NCBI GenBank assembly: GCA_045121435.1
Contig: JBGVFY010000065.1
Location: forward strand, 2,953 to 66,952
Source: Paludibacteraceae bacterium
GTDB lineage: Bacteria; Bacteroidota; Bacteroidia; Bacteroidales; Paludibacteraceae
DNA: 64,000 bases
Direction of reading: 5' to 3'
This document shows positions 53,419 to 63,438 of the stretch, piece after piece. Below the pieces are notes generated by a model. The model made no database searches, was not told the origin of the DNA, and saw only the letters and a program-made list of their open reading frames with translations. The position numbers were made by a program, and so were the translations under genes. Position 1 is the first letter of the stretch; the number at the start of each line of letters is the position of its first letter.

Positions 53419-54345
53419 TTACTGCAAATTTATCTTTAATTGTCGTCTATGCATAACATCTTCTAATTGAATAATCTTGTAATTAGTAATATTATTTGCT
53501 TTGACGAATTGTTCTATTTTGAAGTGATTTTTGTTCTTATAATCACTAAATTCCCATTTGGCATTAGGCACTTTCTGCGCTAATAATGCTAAATAAGGTA
53601 AGTCCACATCTGAAAGTGATAATCCATATATGTGAATATGCTCAATAAGTTGTAAAGAGTCAAAAAAAGTTTGATTAGTTTCAATAATATTTTTTACAAG
53701 TTTCGCTTGTGCGGCAACACTACTGATTGCTGCTTCCAATGCAAGTCCTTCATGGAACTCTAATTCAACTAAACTACCTATTTGTTTTAAATCTTCATGG
53801 GATTTTCCATGTCCTAAAACTAAATCTTCATTCTCATCGTCTATACATCCATGTATATGCCAAATATGATTAGATGATATATTATAAACTTCTTCCAAAG
53901 TTTTTGTATAATTAAAATTGATATAAATGGAACTATCTTCAAAATCAATCATACGACTTTTTAATGGAGGATTCAATTGCATTATCCATTCATGAAAACA
54001 ATCACGAAGGTTGGAATAAAGCCCATCCAACTCTTGTTCTACAGCAATCTGTGCATCATTCCACATGCGGTCACAATGCTTTGATAATAAATTTGGTTGA
54101 TTTTGCGCAGCAACTGATGTTGAATATTGCAGTGCATCAAGAGATCCTAAATGATTTTCAAAATCTGCCCACCAATTACTATCGCAACATCCATAGACTT
54201 CATCTATTTTCATATAGATTTCCCAATAATTATCATGCAACCATTGATGGAAATCTCTATATGAGCTATTAATGTTATGGTGTAAATCAAATCCATTCCC
54301 AATTACATACAGATGCTTAGCCTTATTTACAATCGGTAGATACAT
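53419..54345 (-). CDS. AbiH-like (abortive-infection family) protein
   Basis: MYLPIVNKAKHLYVIGNGFDLHHNINSSYRDF carries the AbiH N-terminal GNGFDL signature. The ATG lies 4 nt after the upstream stop, and the track start at 54360 is a TTG. Confidence 0.6.
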   Translation of the reverse strand: MYLPIVNKAKHLYVIGNGFDLHHNINSSYRDFHQWLHDNYWEIYMKIDEVYGCCDSNWWADFENHLGSLDALQYSTSVAAQNQPNLLSKHCDRMWNDAQIAVEQELDGLYSNLRDCFHEWIMQLNPPLKSRMIDFEDSSIYINFNYTKTLEEVYNISSNHIWHIHGCIDDENEDLVLGHGKSHEDLKQIGSLVELEFHEGLALEAAISSVAAQAKLVKNIIETNQTFFDSLQLIEHIHIYGLSLSDVDLPYLALLAQKVPNAKWEFSDYKNKNHFKIEQFVKANNITNYKIIQLEDVMHRRQLKINLQ

Positions 54346-54349
54346 TATA

Positions 54350-55444
54350 TTATTGTTCAAAAGTGATTAATTCTCTTGGCAGAGTAATTCGTTTGGGTGA
54401 AAATTTATACCCTGTGATATAGTAATTCTTTGCCAAGTCTTCAGTAAAATGCGATAGAAAAGCTTCGCGTATGCGCGAACATTTTTCATTGATAGAGTTA
54501 TCTGTAGGATCGGTTACTCGCAAGATGCTCTCTTTTATTTTTTCATCATCAAGGCGGTGCGTAATTGCATAATATATCGTTTCTAATTCTTGCCGATAAT
54601 CGGGTAGATTCTTGAATAAGATACCTTCTGGATGATTGAGAAACAACAAATAAATAGCTTTTGGTAGAGGGGTCATTTGTATTTCTATGTTATTATAGTC
54701 AGGCAAAAATATGCGATAATCTTTTGTGATACGCAAATGACTAAGCTTGTACTTTGGCTCTACCAATTGTTTAAGTATATATTCCTCTACTCCATATAGG
54801 CGTAATTGATTGATTTTGTTTTGTACCTCATGTATTAGGTTATATATTTTCTCATCTTCAAAATATCGGTCGGCATTGTCTATTGGGTCTGCGTTTTCAT
54901 CTACAAATATGCCTGGTATTGTGCTATACCTTTCACTACTATCTTCCCAATACTGATCTATGTCTTGTTGTATAGTGTCTAATATGTGTAAAATATCTTG
55001 ATAAGAGTTGCTCTCAAAAGGCTGATAAAAGTATGGTAAAAAACCTTCTTTAGTAAATTTTCTTTCTTCTTCATCTAAGTCTTCTGAATTCGCACTCCAC
55101 ATTAATCCTGGTTGGAGTACAATATCTCCATGATTTATTAGATAAGGTGCATAAAGTTGGCAGAAAAGCAATGAGGTTACAATATCTGCTTTTTGTACAT
55201 AATCCAATGTTGGAATATTGTACTCGATTACCTCTTTTGATAAAACCTTTTGAGCGATTTGAGGAAAATAGAAAAATCCCGTTAGGGTCTTCTGAAATTC
55301 GTCAATATTGTCTGTAATAATGGAATTGACTTCTTGGTTATATTGGCTTTCAACATAGATATAGTGTCCCCAACCTGAATCTAATCGCAATTCTTGTGGA
55401 AGTTCTTTGCTAAAGAATAGGGTATGTGTGGCTTGATGTTTCAT
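54350..55444 (-). CDS. hypothetical protein (364 aa), no family recognised
   Basis: The ORF is long and AT-rich, has its own -7 box, and is translationally coupled to the AbiH-like gene. Confidence 0.7.
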   Translation of the reverse strand: MKHQATHTLFFSKELPQELRLDSGWGHYIYVESQYNQEVNSIITDNIDEFQKTLTGFFYFPQIAQKVLSKEVIEYNIPTLDYVQKADIVTSLLFCQLYAPYLINHGDIVLQPGLMWSANSEDLDEEERKFTKEGFLPYFYQPFESNSYQDILHILDTIQQDIDQYWEDSSERYSTIPGIFVDENADPIDNADRYFEDEKIYNLIHEVQNKINQLRLYGVEEYILKQLVEPKYKLSHLRITKDYRIFLPDYNNIEIQMTPLPKAIYLLFLNHPEGILFKNLPDYRQELETIYYAITHRLDDEKIKESILRVTDPTDNSINEKCSRIREAFLSHFTEDLAKNYYITGYKFSPKRITLPRELITFEQ

Positions 55445-55470
55445 GATAGTTCGTTTTTACAAATTGTCTG

Positions 55471-55478
55471 CAAAGGTA
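55471..55478 (-). promoter_or_regulatory. -7 box TACCTTTG (364-aa/AbiH unit)
   Basis: The plus strand reads caaaggta, 27 nt upstream of the ATG at 55444. Confidence 0.6.
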
Positions 55479-55724
55479 GTGAGATTTTTTTATTTCTCCA
55501 AACTTCTGCAAGGCTTGCAGACATAAAAAGCGTGAGCTTAGACTTGCTCGCGTTGTGGCAGTAGGAATTGCCCAGAAAGAAACAAGTCACGCCCACGCCA
55601 AACGCGGACGCTTGCTGACTTGTTCGTATTCCTTTCTTTCGAAATTTCCTACTTTTCAACGCGAATAGAACAATAGCAAACGCTATGGTAGTATGTCAAT
55701 ATAATCGGATTTTATAATCCGACT

Positions 55725-55732
55725 GCAAAGGT
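55725..55732 (-). promoter_or_regulatory. second, upstream -7 box TACCTTTG
   Basis: caaaggta sits in the same flanking context as the 20761 promoter. It would transcribe the structured 55479-55720 segment. Confidence 0.5.
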
Positions 55733-55799
55733 AGTGAATTATTTTGAGATGTGCAAGAAAAATGCAGTTTTGGGGCGAATTTTTTGTTTGGAGAGTAGG

Positions 55800-55988
55800 C
55801 AACTATTTCAGGAAGTCAGTCAACCTTTTTAGGAAAGAAGTCAACTTTTTTAGGAAGCAATCTTAAGAAAGAGCACTTTTTCGGTTGAGGCATTGTCGGG
55901 GAGTTCTCTCGGTCTTCTCTCGGTCGTCGGTCGGTGAAATAGGGGAAGGTATAAGAGAAGGAAATCTTAAGAAAGAGCATTTTACAGG
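55800..55988. repeat. repeat family R2, copy b
   Basis: caactatttcagg..aacctttttaggaaag..ttttttaggaagc..ttctctcggtcttctctcggt..aaggtataagaga..aatcttaagaaagagca. Confidence 0.85.
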
Positions 55989-56211
55989 TAAGCACACCAA
56001 ACATCATACATTAGGCGGTCGTGCCTACCCTGTACGGCACTACCCTATAGCCGTACGGCTGCGTGACCACGAGGGTCACGCCATTCTATGTATTGCGCTT
56101 AATCCTCAAAGTGGGGACTTTTCGGACGCAATACTCGGAGTGCGTTCCGTCGCACTCCTTCACTTAAGAAAACGCACTTTTTTGACTTTGGGGTCTTATC
56201 GCGCCACAGTG

Positions 56212-58296
56212 TTAATAAGTGATGCTTACGGTGCACTTGTAGTTACGTTTGGGCATGGGGTAGTTGAGGATGACATCATAATCTTGTGATAACAAATTAT
56301 TTACGTCAAGCGCAAAGCGCAGCGTAAATAAACTCTTGCCTCTAGCCTTTAACCTTTCGCCTTTAACCTTATATATATCCCATTCTCCGAATACACTCAA
56401 ATCGTGGGTGTACCAAGGTTGGGTGCAGTTGTAGATGATGTTCTCCTGTTGGTTGTAGCGTTCGCCGACATAGATGAAACTATAGTTTAAGCCGTATTGC
56501 TGCCAGTCGTTTTGCCAACCAAACATACCCACTGCGCTACCTGAATGCCAAGGGATATAAGGAATCTGGTCGCCATAATAGGTATCGTTTGGATCGGTAA
56601 CATCAATGGCAGTTTGGTAGGTGTATTGTGCTTTGGCGGTGAGGTAGAAGTTCTTAGGTAGAACGAAATGCAGTTGCGCATTCACGTCTAAACCGTTGAT
56701 TTTCACCAATCCGAGGTTAAGCATGGTCCAACGGAACTGTTGGCCTTTTGGGTAAGCGATAATCTTGTCGGATATGCGGTTGTAGTAGTAATCGGCATTG
56801 AGGCGGAACTCCGAGCCCTTTTGTTCTGCAACACGGAAGGGTTGCGTGAAACTCAAACCTACACTATGCTGCTTTGCCAACTCGGGTTTGAGGTAGGCAT
56901 TGCCCATGTCAGTGTAGTAGAGATCGTTGAACGTAGGGTAACGGTAACTCTGTTTGTAGAAGGCGTTTAGACGCAAATCTACTAGTTGGGTAGGGCGGTA
57001 GGAGAGGAACAGTGCGGGAGTGCACTTGGCGGTTGATATATTGGACTTGTCTGACATGTCGGACGAGTCGGACAATTCTGAAACAAAGGTTCCTAAGATG
57101 CTGGCTTGGAGGCGCAGGTAGTTCTTAATATTGATAGCCGTGGCGGCACTGAGCCAGTGTGTCCAGCGATGAGCATCCGCGTACATGCTGAGGGCGTTGT
57201 ACTGCAGGTCATACGCCGCACTCACATCCCACCAATCGAAGATACGCACTTTGTGCGCCATGGTGAAGTATGCCTCTTGTTGGAGGTATTGGTTCTCCAC
57301 ATGAATCAGCTTGTCATCGTTGTTAATGTAGCGGGTATAATCGTTGGCGTACTTGGCATTCACCTTTACCGACCAACGGTTAAACAACTCGTCTTGCCAC
57401 GAGGCCTGCACAAAGGAGCTGCGATCCCACAATCGCTCACCATTGCGCCACACATTATTCACAATCGCACCTGGCACGCCGCGCTCGGAGTTGTAGTGAT
57501 AGAGTTGTAGTTTCCAGAAGCCCGTGTTGCTATAGTAGTGATTCACAGCGGCTTCCACACGGATAGCATTAATATCGCCGTTCTGACGGATAGCGGTAGT
57601 GTCGTATGCCACTTCGCCCGAAGGTGTCACACGGCGGTAGCGGAAAGGGTACTTGCCGTCCGAGGAAATAAGTTCGGCATTCATGGTCAGCGACATCGTC
57701 TCGCTGAGTTTGACATCAAGCAACAGACTTGGGTCAATGAGGGCAAAACTACCCGCACGCATTTGTGCTTTGACATTCACGGTCTTGCCTTCGGCAAAAC
57801 GCGGACGGCGGGTGGTAAGGTAAATACTACCCGCAGCACCAAACTCGCGAGCAGACTGCCAAATGTCGGACTTCTGACCGTTGTAGAGTTGTATCTCTTC
57901 GATATTCTCGAGGGAGTATTTACCGAGGTCTATCTGTCCGTTTTGGGCATTACCGAGCTGAATACCATTGTAATACACGCCCATGTGATTGGTACCCATG
58001 CTGCGGATATTCACCGTCTTGATACCGCCCACTCCACCGTAATCTTTGATCTGCACACCCGAGAAATAGCGGATAGCATCGGCTACGCTGAGGGCATTCA
58101 TCTTCTTGAGCTGCGCACCCGCAAGTGTCTGAGGGATAATGATATCCTTTTCCTTGACGCGAGCGGTAATTGTGTACTCCTCCAACTCCAAATGACGGTA
58201 AATAGAGTCGAGATACAGAGAATCGGCGGCATTGTTTTGAGAGAATGCTGCCACGCACGAGAGTGCTAAAAATACTATGGATACTAATCTACGCAT
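56212..58296 (-). CDS. btuB: TonB-dependent vitamin B12 receptor-like transporter
   Basis: The 694-aa ORF has a signal peptide, a plug domain (ALSVADAIRYFSGVQIKDYGG) and a barrel. It lies directly behind a cobalamin riboswitch. Confidence 0.85.
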   Translation of the reverse strand: MRRLVSIVFLALSCVAAFSQNNAADSLYLDSIYRHLELEEYTITARVKEKDIIIPQTLAGAQLKKMNALSVADAIRYFSGVQIKDYGGVGGIKTVNIRSMGTNHMGVYYNGIQLGNAQNGQIDLGKYSLENIEEIQLYNGQKSDIWQSAREFGAAGSIYLTTRRPRFAEGKTVNVKAQMRAGSFALIDPSLLLDVKLSETMSLTMNAELISSDGKYPFRYRRVTPSGEVAYDTTAIRQNGDINAIRVEAAVNHYYSNTGFWKLQLYHYNSERGVPGAIVNNVWRNGERLWDRSSFVQASWQDELFNRWSVKVNAKYANDYTRYINNDDKLIHVENQYLQQEAYFTMAHKVRIFDWWDVSAAYDLQYNALSMYADAHRWTHWLSAATAINIKNYLRLQASILGTFVSELSDSSDMSDKSNISTAKCTPALFLSYRPTQLVDLRLNAFYKQSYRYPTFNDLYYTDMGNAYLKPELAKQHSVGLSFTQPFRVAEQKGSEFRLNADYYYNRISDKIIAYPKGQQFRWTMLNLGLVKINGLDVNAQLHFVLPKNFYLTAKAQYTYQTAIDVTDPNDTYYGDQIPYIPWHSGSAVGMFGWQNDWQQYGLNYSFIYVGERYNQQENIIYNCTQPWYTHDLSVFGEWDIYKVKGERLKARGKSLFTLRFALDVNNLLSQDYDVILNYPMPKRNYKCTVSITY

Positions 58297-58299
58297 GTT

Positions 58300-58515
58300 G
58301 TTTGACTCTATACCACGAGAGTGTTCAACTAAGCATGCAGCAGGTCTTCTGACTTATTGCTCGTTTGTTCAGCCTTCCCACCTGATAGGCAGTGACTTAG
58401 ATTCAGAACAAACGATATTGCAAATCACAGCAGCGGGTCTGTGCCAGAATCTCACTGGCTTCCCTAAAGCGGGGTCCCCGACGAGCCTCGTGGGCGAGTG
58501 GGGTGCTCTTAACTG
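58300..58515 (-). promoter_or_regulatory. cobalamin (B12) riboswitch 3
   Basis: UAGGGAAGCCAGUGAGAUUCUGGCACAGACCCGCUGCUGUGA, with the B12 box at 58337-58354. The R6 insert sits at its 5' edge (58471-58503). Confidence 0.85.
58471..58503. repeat. GC-rich hairpin element R6
   Basis: ggggtccccgacgagcctcgtgggcgagtgggg. Confidence 0.9.
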
Positions 58516-58525
58516 AATGCGGGTG

Positions 58526-58533
58526 CAAAGGTA
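58526..58533 (-). promoter_or_regulatory. -7 box TACCTTTG (riboswitch 3/btuB)
   Basis: The plus strand reads caaaggta. Confidence 0.6.
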
Positions 58534-58637
58534 CGGAAATATTTTGAATTGAGCAAGGGGAAATAGAAAAAAGATAGTTTTTATGTCTAATTTCTTGGGT
58601 ACACTTCACGGTGATGATACGGTATACAAATACTAAT

Positions 58638-58690
58638 CTACCGTGTATCTACCGTATATCTACCGTGTATGTACCGTATATCTACCGTAG
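58638..58690. repeat. 11-bp-period micro-array ctaccgtRtat x ~4.8
   Basis: The array was read directly. It lies between the divergent btuB and GNAT promoters. Confidence 0.9.
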
Positions 58691-58750
58691 TTAATAGCGA
58701 AAAGATAGCAGTAAAAAATGATTAAATTTGCATAGATGAGAAAAAATGTG

Positions 58751-58758
58751 TAACTTTG
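58751..58758 (+). promoter_or_regulatory. -7 box TAACTTTG (GNAT)
   Basis: taactttg lies 42 nt upstream of the ATG at 58800. Confidence 0.55.
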
Positions 58759-58799
58759 CAAAAGAAATCAACAATACATAAAAATATACAAACTAATAT

Positions 58800-59408
58800 A
58801 TGATTACAATTCGTAAAGCCGAAATAAGTGATGCGGCATTTATCGCCGAAGGAATCTTTCGTGCATTTTTATTGGAAGAGAACCAAATAACACCAGAGAA
58901 CAAAGAAACAGCGGAAAGCGGTGATTCGTTGCGTCAGGAATGGATGAAAGTATTGACCAATGTATGTGCGCAGGCAGATACACATTACAGTTATACCAAT
59001 ACCTTTATTGCCGAATTAGACGGAGAAATAGCGGGAATGATGATAGCGGTAGATGGCAAAAACTACCGATTTCAACGGGAAAAGATGTATCCACAATTGA
59101 AGGGGCTATTTGATATAGCGTTTGGCAAAGGTTGGGAAGAAATGGAGGATGAGGCTAATCCCGGCGAGTATTATATTGACAGCCTTTCGGTGTCGCCCGA
59201 ATATAGGCATCACGGTGTCGGTACGGCATTGATTGAATATGCCAAACAGCAAGCCCGCGAGCTCAGAATAGAGCGGGTGACATTGGCAGTAGAGCCGATG
59301 AATTCGGCAAAAATGCTATATCGACGCATGGGATTTGATTACGAGCGAGATATCACTATCTTCAATGAAGTGTATCACTTGTATGTGAATAAGATAAAAT
59401 TTTTGTAA
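58800..59408 (+). CDS. GNAT-family N-acetyltransferase
   Basis: The 202-aa ORF contains YIDSLSVSPEYRHHGVGTALIEYA, the acetyl-CoA binding motif. Confidence 0.85.
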   Translation: MITIRKAEISDAAFIAEGIFRAFLLEENQITPENKETAESGDSLRQEWMKVLTNVCAQADTHYSYTNTFIAELDGEIAGMMIAVDGKNYRFQREKMYPQLKGLFDIAFGKGWEEMEDEANPGEYYIDSLSVSPEYRHHGVGTALIEYAKQQARELRIERVTLAVEPMNSAKMLYRRMGFDYERDITIFNEVYHLYVNKIKFL

Positions 59409-59436
59409 AAAATTTGCATAATCCAACAAAAACTAC

Positions 59437-59444
59437 TACTTTTG
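59437..59444 (+). promoter_or_regulatory. -7 box TACTTTTG (tsaE)
   Basis: tacttttg lies 18 nt upstream of the ATG at 59462. Confidence 0.5.
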
Positions 59445-59461
59445 CAGGAAATTCGGTAAAA

Positions 59462-59914
59462 ATGGAATATAGATATACGATAAAGAAAGACCCGGAGAAG
59501 GGGATTTTGCTGGTCAATGAGCAAAATGAAGTGGTGGAAGCCACAGATATGCTGGATAAATGCGGCAGCAAACGCGTGTTTGCCTTCGATGGCAAGATGG
59601 GAGCAGGTAAGACTACTTTCATCAAGCATTTGTGCGAAGCCATGGGTACGGAAGATGTGGTGAATAGTCCGACATTTGCGATTGTGAATGTGTATGAGGT
59701 GGCAAGCGGAGAGGAAGTGTATCACTTTGATTGTTACCGCATTAAGGATATTCGTGAGGCGATGGATATGGGTACAGAAGAGTATTTGTACTCGGGTAAC
59801 TACTGCTTTATTGAGTGGGCAGAGATGATTGAGCCATTGCTGCCAGAGGATACAGTTTGGGTGAAGATAGAGGTGATGGAAAATGGGGAAAGAAGGTTGA
59901 GTTTTGATGCGTAA
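59462..59914 (+). CDS. tsaE: tRNA t6A biosynthesis protein TsaE
   Basis: FAFDGKMGAGKTTFIKHLCEAMG...VNSPTFAIVNVY. The start is moved downstream of the -7 box. Confidence 0.85.
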   Translation: MEYRYTIKKDPEKGILLVNEQNEVVEATDMLDKCGSKRVFAFDGKMGAGKTTFIKHLCEAMGTEDVVNSPTFAIVNVYEVASGEEVYHFDCYRIKDIREAMDMGTEEYLYSGNYCFIEWAEMIEPLLPEDTVWVKIEVMENGERRLSFDA

Positions 59915-60722
59915 GTGGTTGTGCATATTGCTATTATCGGTTGGTTGTCAAGCAGTTACGTTGGCAGAAAACTGGGGTGTAGAGCATGAGAATGTGCTCA
60001 GCATTCGATATGGCGGTGTGTGGCAGCAAGATGAATATTTAAGTCCCCTACTCTATTCAGGACAACAAATAGGGCTTAGCAACGAGTGGTGGCAAGGCTT
60101 TAAAAAAGACAGCACAAAGCATTGGCAACATGTGGGACAAGCACATGTCACGGGTGGAATGGCATATAGCGAACGCATGAACAACCTGATGTATTCCGTT
60201 GGTTTACAAGGCGGTTGGGGTGCGCAATATGTGTGGACATGGAAAGATCTGGGCTTACAAGCATTGGTAGGTCCGTATATGGATGTGGAACTCTGGGGAA
60301 AGATGCAAGCATCGAATGTGAATAAACCCTACTCGATGGATCTGGCGGTGAATATGTGTGCAATGGGTGGTGTGAGTTGGGCATTCAAAGCGAAGAAAAC
60401 GAGCTATAGATTGCGTTATTTGGCGCGTGTTAATGTGATAGGAATGGATTATTTGCCCGATTATTGGCATTCGTATTTCGAAATGGGAGAAGGTGTCTTG
60501 GGTGATTTTCGTTGTGCTGGACTGTGGAACCATAGACACCTGAAGCACGAACTGACAATGGATATGCAGTTTATCCGCTCAACTTGGCGTGTGGGTATTG
60601 TACATGAATATCTGGAGTACGGAACAAAGGCGATGATGTTCTCACGCGAGACGGTGAGTGCTGTAGTGGGATGTGTGTGGCAGTATAAAATAAACCCTGC
60701 AAAATCATTTGTGGCATGGTAG
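59907..60722 (+). CDS. exported protein, probable outer-membrane beta-barrel, unknown function
   Basis: The ORF has signal peptide MRKWLCILLLSVGCQAVTLA and an aromatic-rich alternating pattern. Confidence 0.6.
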   Translation: MRKWLCILLLSVGCQAVTLAENWGVEHENVLSIRYGGVWQQDEYLSPLLYSGQQIGLSNEWWQGFKKDSTKHWQHVGQAHVTGGMAYSERMNNLMYSVGLQGGWGAQYVWTWKDLGLQALVGPYMDVELWGKMQASNVNKPYSMDLAVNMCAMGGVSWAFKAKKTSYRLRYLARVNVIGMDYLPDYWHSYFEMGEGVLGDFRCAGLWNHRHLKHELTMDMQFIRSTWRVGIVHEYLEYGTKAMMFSRETVSAVVGCVWQYKINPAKSFVAW

Positions 60723-61756
60723 AGAAGTGCAAAGCATATCGTGTGATGTATGTAGGCTATTGGCTATTGGCAATAGTACTGAGTAGTTGCACCCATCCAT
60801 TTAATGAGCAGAGGGATAATACACCACTGAACAACTTTGAGGCGTTGTGGCAGATTATTGATGAGAAATACTGTTTGTTTGATGACAAAGCAGTGGATTG
60901 GGATTCGGTATATTCGTCTTATTATCAGCGGTTTGACACTATGGAGATAATGGAGTATGAAGATAATTACCGATTCTTTGATGGACTGGAAGAGATGCTG
61001 AATGAGCTGGAAGATGGACATGTGAATTTGTATTCACCATTCGATATTTCGGCGTGCAGCAAGTGGTATGAGGGGTATCCCGAGAACTTCAGTGCAGAGA
61101 TATTGACTAAGTATTATTTGAAAGACTACAGGCGTGCTAATGGACTGAATTACTGCCGAATAGATAACGATAGTATTGGGTATGTGTATTATGGCTCCTT
61201 CTCCGATGGATTTTCGCTAACGAATTGGTTAGCGGTACTGAAATACTTTGAAAAATGCCGCGGCATCGTGTTGGATGTGCGCAATAATGGCGGTGGTAGC
61301 ATGGATAATGCGTATCGATTGGCGGCTCCATTCTTTACAAAAGATACTGTGGTGGGCTATTGGCAACATAAATCGGGCCCTGGTCATGAGGATTTTTCGG
61401 AACTTAAACCCATGATGATGAACGAGAGCAAAGGGTACTGGAGGCGGCCTGTGGTGGTGCTGTGCAATAGGCGAAGTTATTCGGCAGCGAACTTCTTTGT
61501 GAGTATGATGCGCTATGCAGATAACTGCCTGGTGATAGGTGGAAAAAGTGGTGGTGGAGGCGGTATGCCAATGAGCTATGAACTACCAAATGGTTGGTTG
61601 GTGCGTTTCTCAAGCATAAAAATGTACGACAGAGATAGCATCAGCATTGAGGCGGGAATAAAGCCCCATTTGCTTGTAAATCAGCACTCTGAAGACAAAG
61701 ATGATTTGATAGAAGAGGCGATTGAGTTGATCAACTCGGCATACGAAAAAAAATAA
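60716..61756 (+). CDS. S41-family peptidase lipoprotein
   Basis: [16 protein letters not shown]...[16 protein letters not shown]. Confidence 0.8.
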   Translation: MVEKCKAYRVMYVGYWLLAIVLSSCTHPFNEQRDNTPLNNFEALWQIIDEKYCLFDDKAVDWDSVYSSYYQRFDTMEIMEYEDNYRFFDGLEEMLNELEDGHVNLYSPFDISACSKWYEGYPENFSAEILTKYYLKDYRRANGLNYCRIDNDSIGYVYYGSFSDGFSLTNWLAVLKYFEKCRGIVLDVRNNGGGSMDNAYRLAAPFFTKDTVVGYWQHKSGPGHEDFSELKPMMMNESKGYWRRPVVVLCNRRSYSAANFFVSMMRYADNCLVIGGKSGGGGGMPMSYELPNGWLVRFSSIKMYDRDSISIEAGIKPHLLVNQHSEDKDDLIEEAIELINSAYEKK

Positions 61757-61760
61757 GAAT

Positions 61761-62414
61761 ATGATTGAAGTAAAGAATATACACAAGTCGTTTGGCACAT
61801 TGGAGGTGCTAAAAGGTGTGAATCTAATGGTGGAGAAAGGAGAGATTGTGAGTATCATCGGCAAGAGTGGTGCAGGCAAGACTACCCTACTCCAGATCAT
61901 GGGTACATTGGACAAACCCGACTCAGGTAGCGTGGTTATTGATGGCGTGGATGTGTTTGCACTGAAAGAGAAAGAGTTGGCGGATTTTCGCAACCGACAT
62001 ATCGGATTTATCTTCCAGTTTCACCAGTTGTTGCCTGAGTTTACCACCTTGGAGAACGTGATGATGCCTGCTATGATTGCCCGAATGAATGAGCAAGAAG
62101 CCAAGCAACGCGCTATGCAGTTATTGACGGAACTTGGTATGGCTGAGCGACTTACGCACAAACCAAATCAATTGTCGGGTGGAGAAAAACAGCGTGTAGC
62201 CGCAGCCAGAGCGATGATGATGTCGCCTAATGTGATACTCGCAGATGAGCCAAGCGGAAGTCTGGATGAGAGCAACAAGAAAGAGTTGCACAAACTACTG
62301 CTACAGATGCGCGAGCAATACGGACAGACCATTATCATTGTGACGCACGACAAGGAGTTGGCAGAGATTAGTGACCGAGTGATTGAGATAAAAGATGGAA
62401 AGATTGAAGAGTAA
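61761..62414 (+). CDS. ABC transporter ATP-binding protein (LolD-like)
   Basis: The ORF has Walker [10 protein letters not shown], signature LSGGEKQR and Walker B ILADEP. Confidence 0.9.
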   Translation: MIEVKNIHKSFGTLEVLKGVNLMVEKGEIVSIIGKSGAGKTTLLQIMGTLDKPDSGSVVIDGVDVFALKEKELADFRNRHIGFIFQFHQLLPEFTTLENVMMPAMIARMNEQEAKQRAMQLLTELGMAERLTHKPNQLSGGEKQRVAAARAMMMSPNVILADEPSGSLDESNKKELHKLLLQMREQYGQTIIIVTHDKELAEISDRVIEIKDGKIEE

Positions 62415-63438
62415 TTATCGGGTATCCGGTATCGGGTGTCGGGTATTAGGCATCGCGGTACTCCTAAGTATACTCTGCGGTTGCAGCAACAAGCACCAAT
62501 ATATCCCACGCGATATTGAGCCTGTAGAGGTGGAGATTGTGCGTTTTGATAGTGCACAGTTGGCGGTGCGACCGGATAGCATACAACAGGACATTCAGCA
62601 GTTGTATGCTGATTACGAGGAGTTTATGCCAATGTTCGTAGAAGGTATATTAAGACTGCCGAGCGAAGACACGGCATATCTTTGCGAATTGTATGCCGAC
62701 TTCTTGACCGATACCGTGATGGGATTTGCGCAGACGAATGCCAAGGCACAAGCAATGTTTGCCAATATAGACAGCCTGCAAGAGACCCTGAATATGGGCT
62801 TTTCGCGTTTGCATTACCTCTACCCTGAGTGGGAAATCCCTACCCTATATCTGTTTGTTTCGGGCTTCAATTCCACGGTGATGTACTACGAAAACATGAT
62901 GGGTGTAGGCGTAGATATGTACCTCGGCAGCGACTATCCATACTATAATCAAGTAGTGTATGACTATCAGAAACCTACCATGCGCAAAGCCTGTGTGGCT
63001 GGCGATGTACTGAGTATGTATTTGGCATATCATATACCATATAACAGCAAGTATAACAGACTGTTAGAACAAATGATCTTCCGCGGAAAACAATTATTTT
63101 TGCTCGCACAATTACTACCCAAAGAGCCCGCATGGGAGGTGATTGGGTACTCGAAAGAACAATGGGAATGGTGCGAAATGTACGAGCGTGCTATCTGGAA
63201 CCGTATCATGGAGAAACGAGATTTATTCAAAACCGAGTCCAACATATTAACCTCGTATTTGAACGATGGGCCATTCACCGCAGAAGTCACCCAAGACTCG
63301 CCAGGGCGATTGGGCTTGTGGGTAGGATGGCGCATTGTGGATAGTTATATGCGTAATAACAAGAATGTTACGCTGCACGAACTAATCAACGAAAACGACG
63401 CACAGAAAATATTAGAACAAAGCTATTATAAGCCATGA
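62395..63438 (+). CDS. gldB: GldB-like lipoprotein
   Basis: The ORF has lipobox LSILCGC and contains VEIVRFDSA...[19 protein letters not shown]...ILEQSYYKP, a GldB-like pattern recalled from Flavobacterium GldB. Confidence 0.65.
   Translation: MERLKSNYRVSGIGCRVLGIAVLLSILCGCSNKHQYIPRDIEPVEVEIVRFDSAQLAVRPDSIQQDIQQLYADYEEFMPMFVEGILRLPSEDTAYLCELYADFLTDTVMGFAQTNAKAQAMFANIDSLQETLNMGFSRLHYLYPEWEIPTLYLFVSGFNSTVMYYENMMGVGVDMYLGSDYPYYNQVVYDYQKPTMRKACVAGDVLSMYLAYHIPYNSKYNRLLEQMIFRGKQLFLLAQLLPKEPAWEVIGYSKEQWEWCEMYERAIWNRIMEKRDLFKTESNILTSYLNDGPFTAEVTQDSPGRLGLWVGWRIVDSYMRNNKNVTLHELINENDAQKILEQSYYKP

Noticed and set aside
55441-55659. 72-aa minus-strand ORF
   Set aside because: It spans the proximal TACCTTTG promoter and overlaps the 364-aa gene start. 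The region is better explained as structured non-coding RNA or DNA.
57106-58269. 134-aa and 243-aa plus-strand ORFs
   Set aside because: They lie antisense to the btuB-like receptor and show no independent signals.
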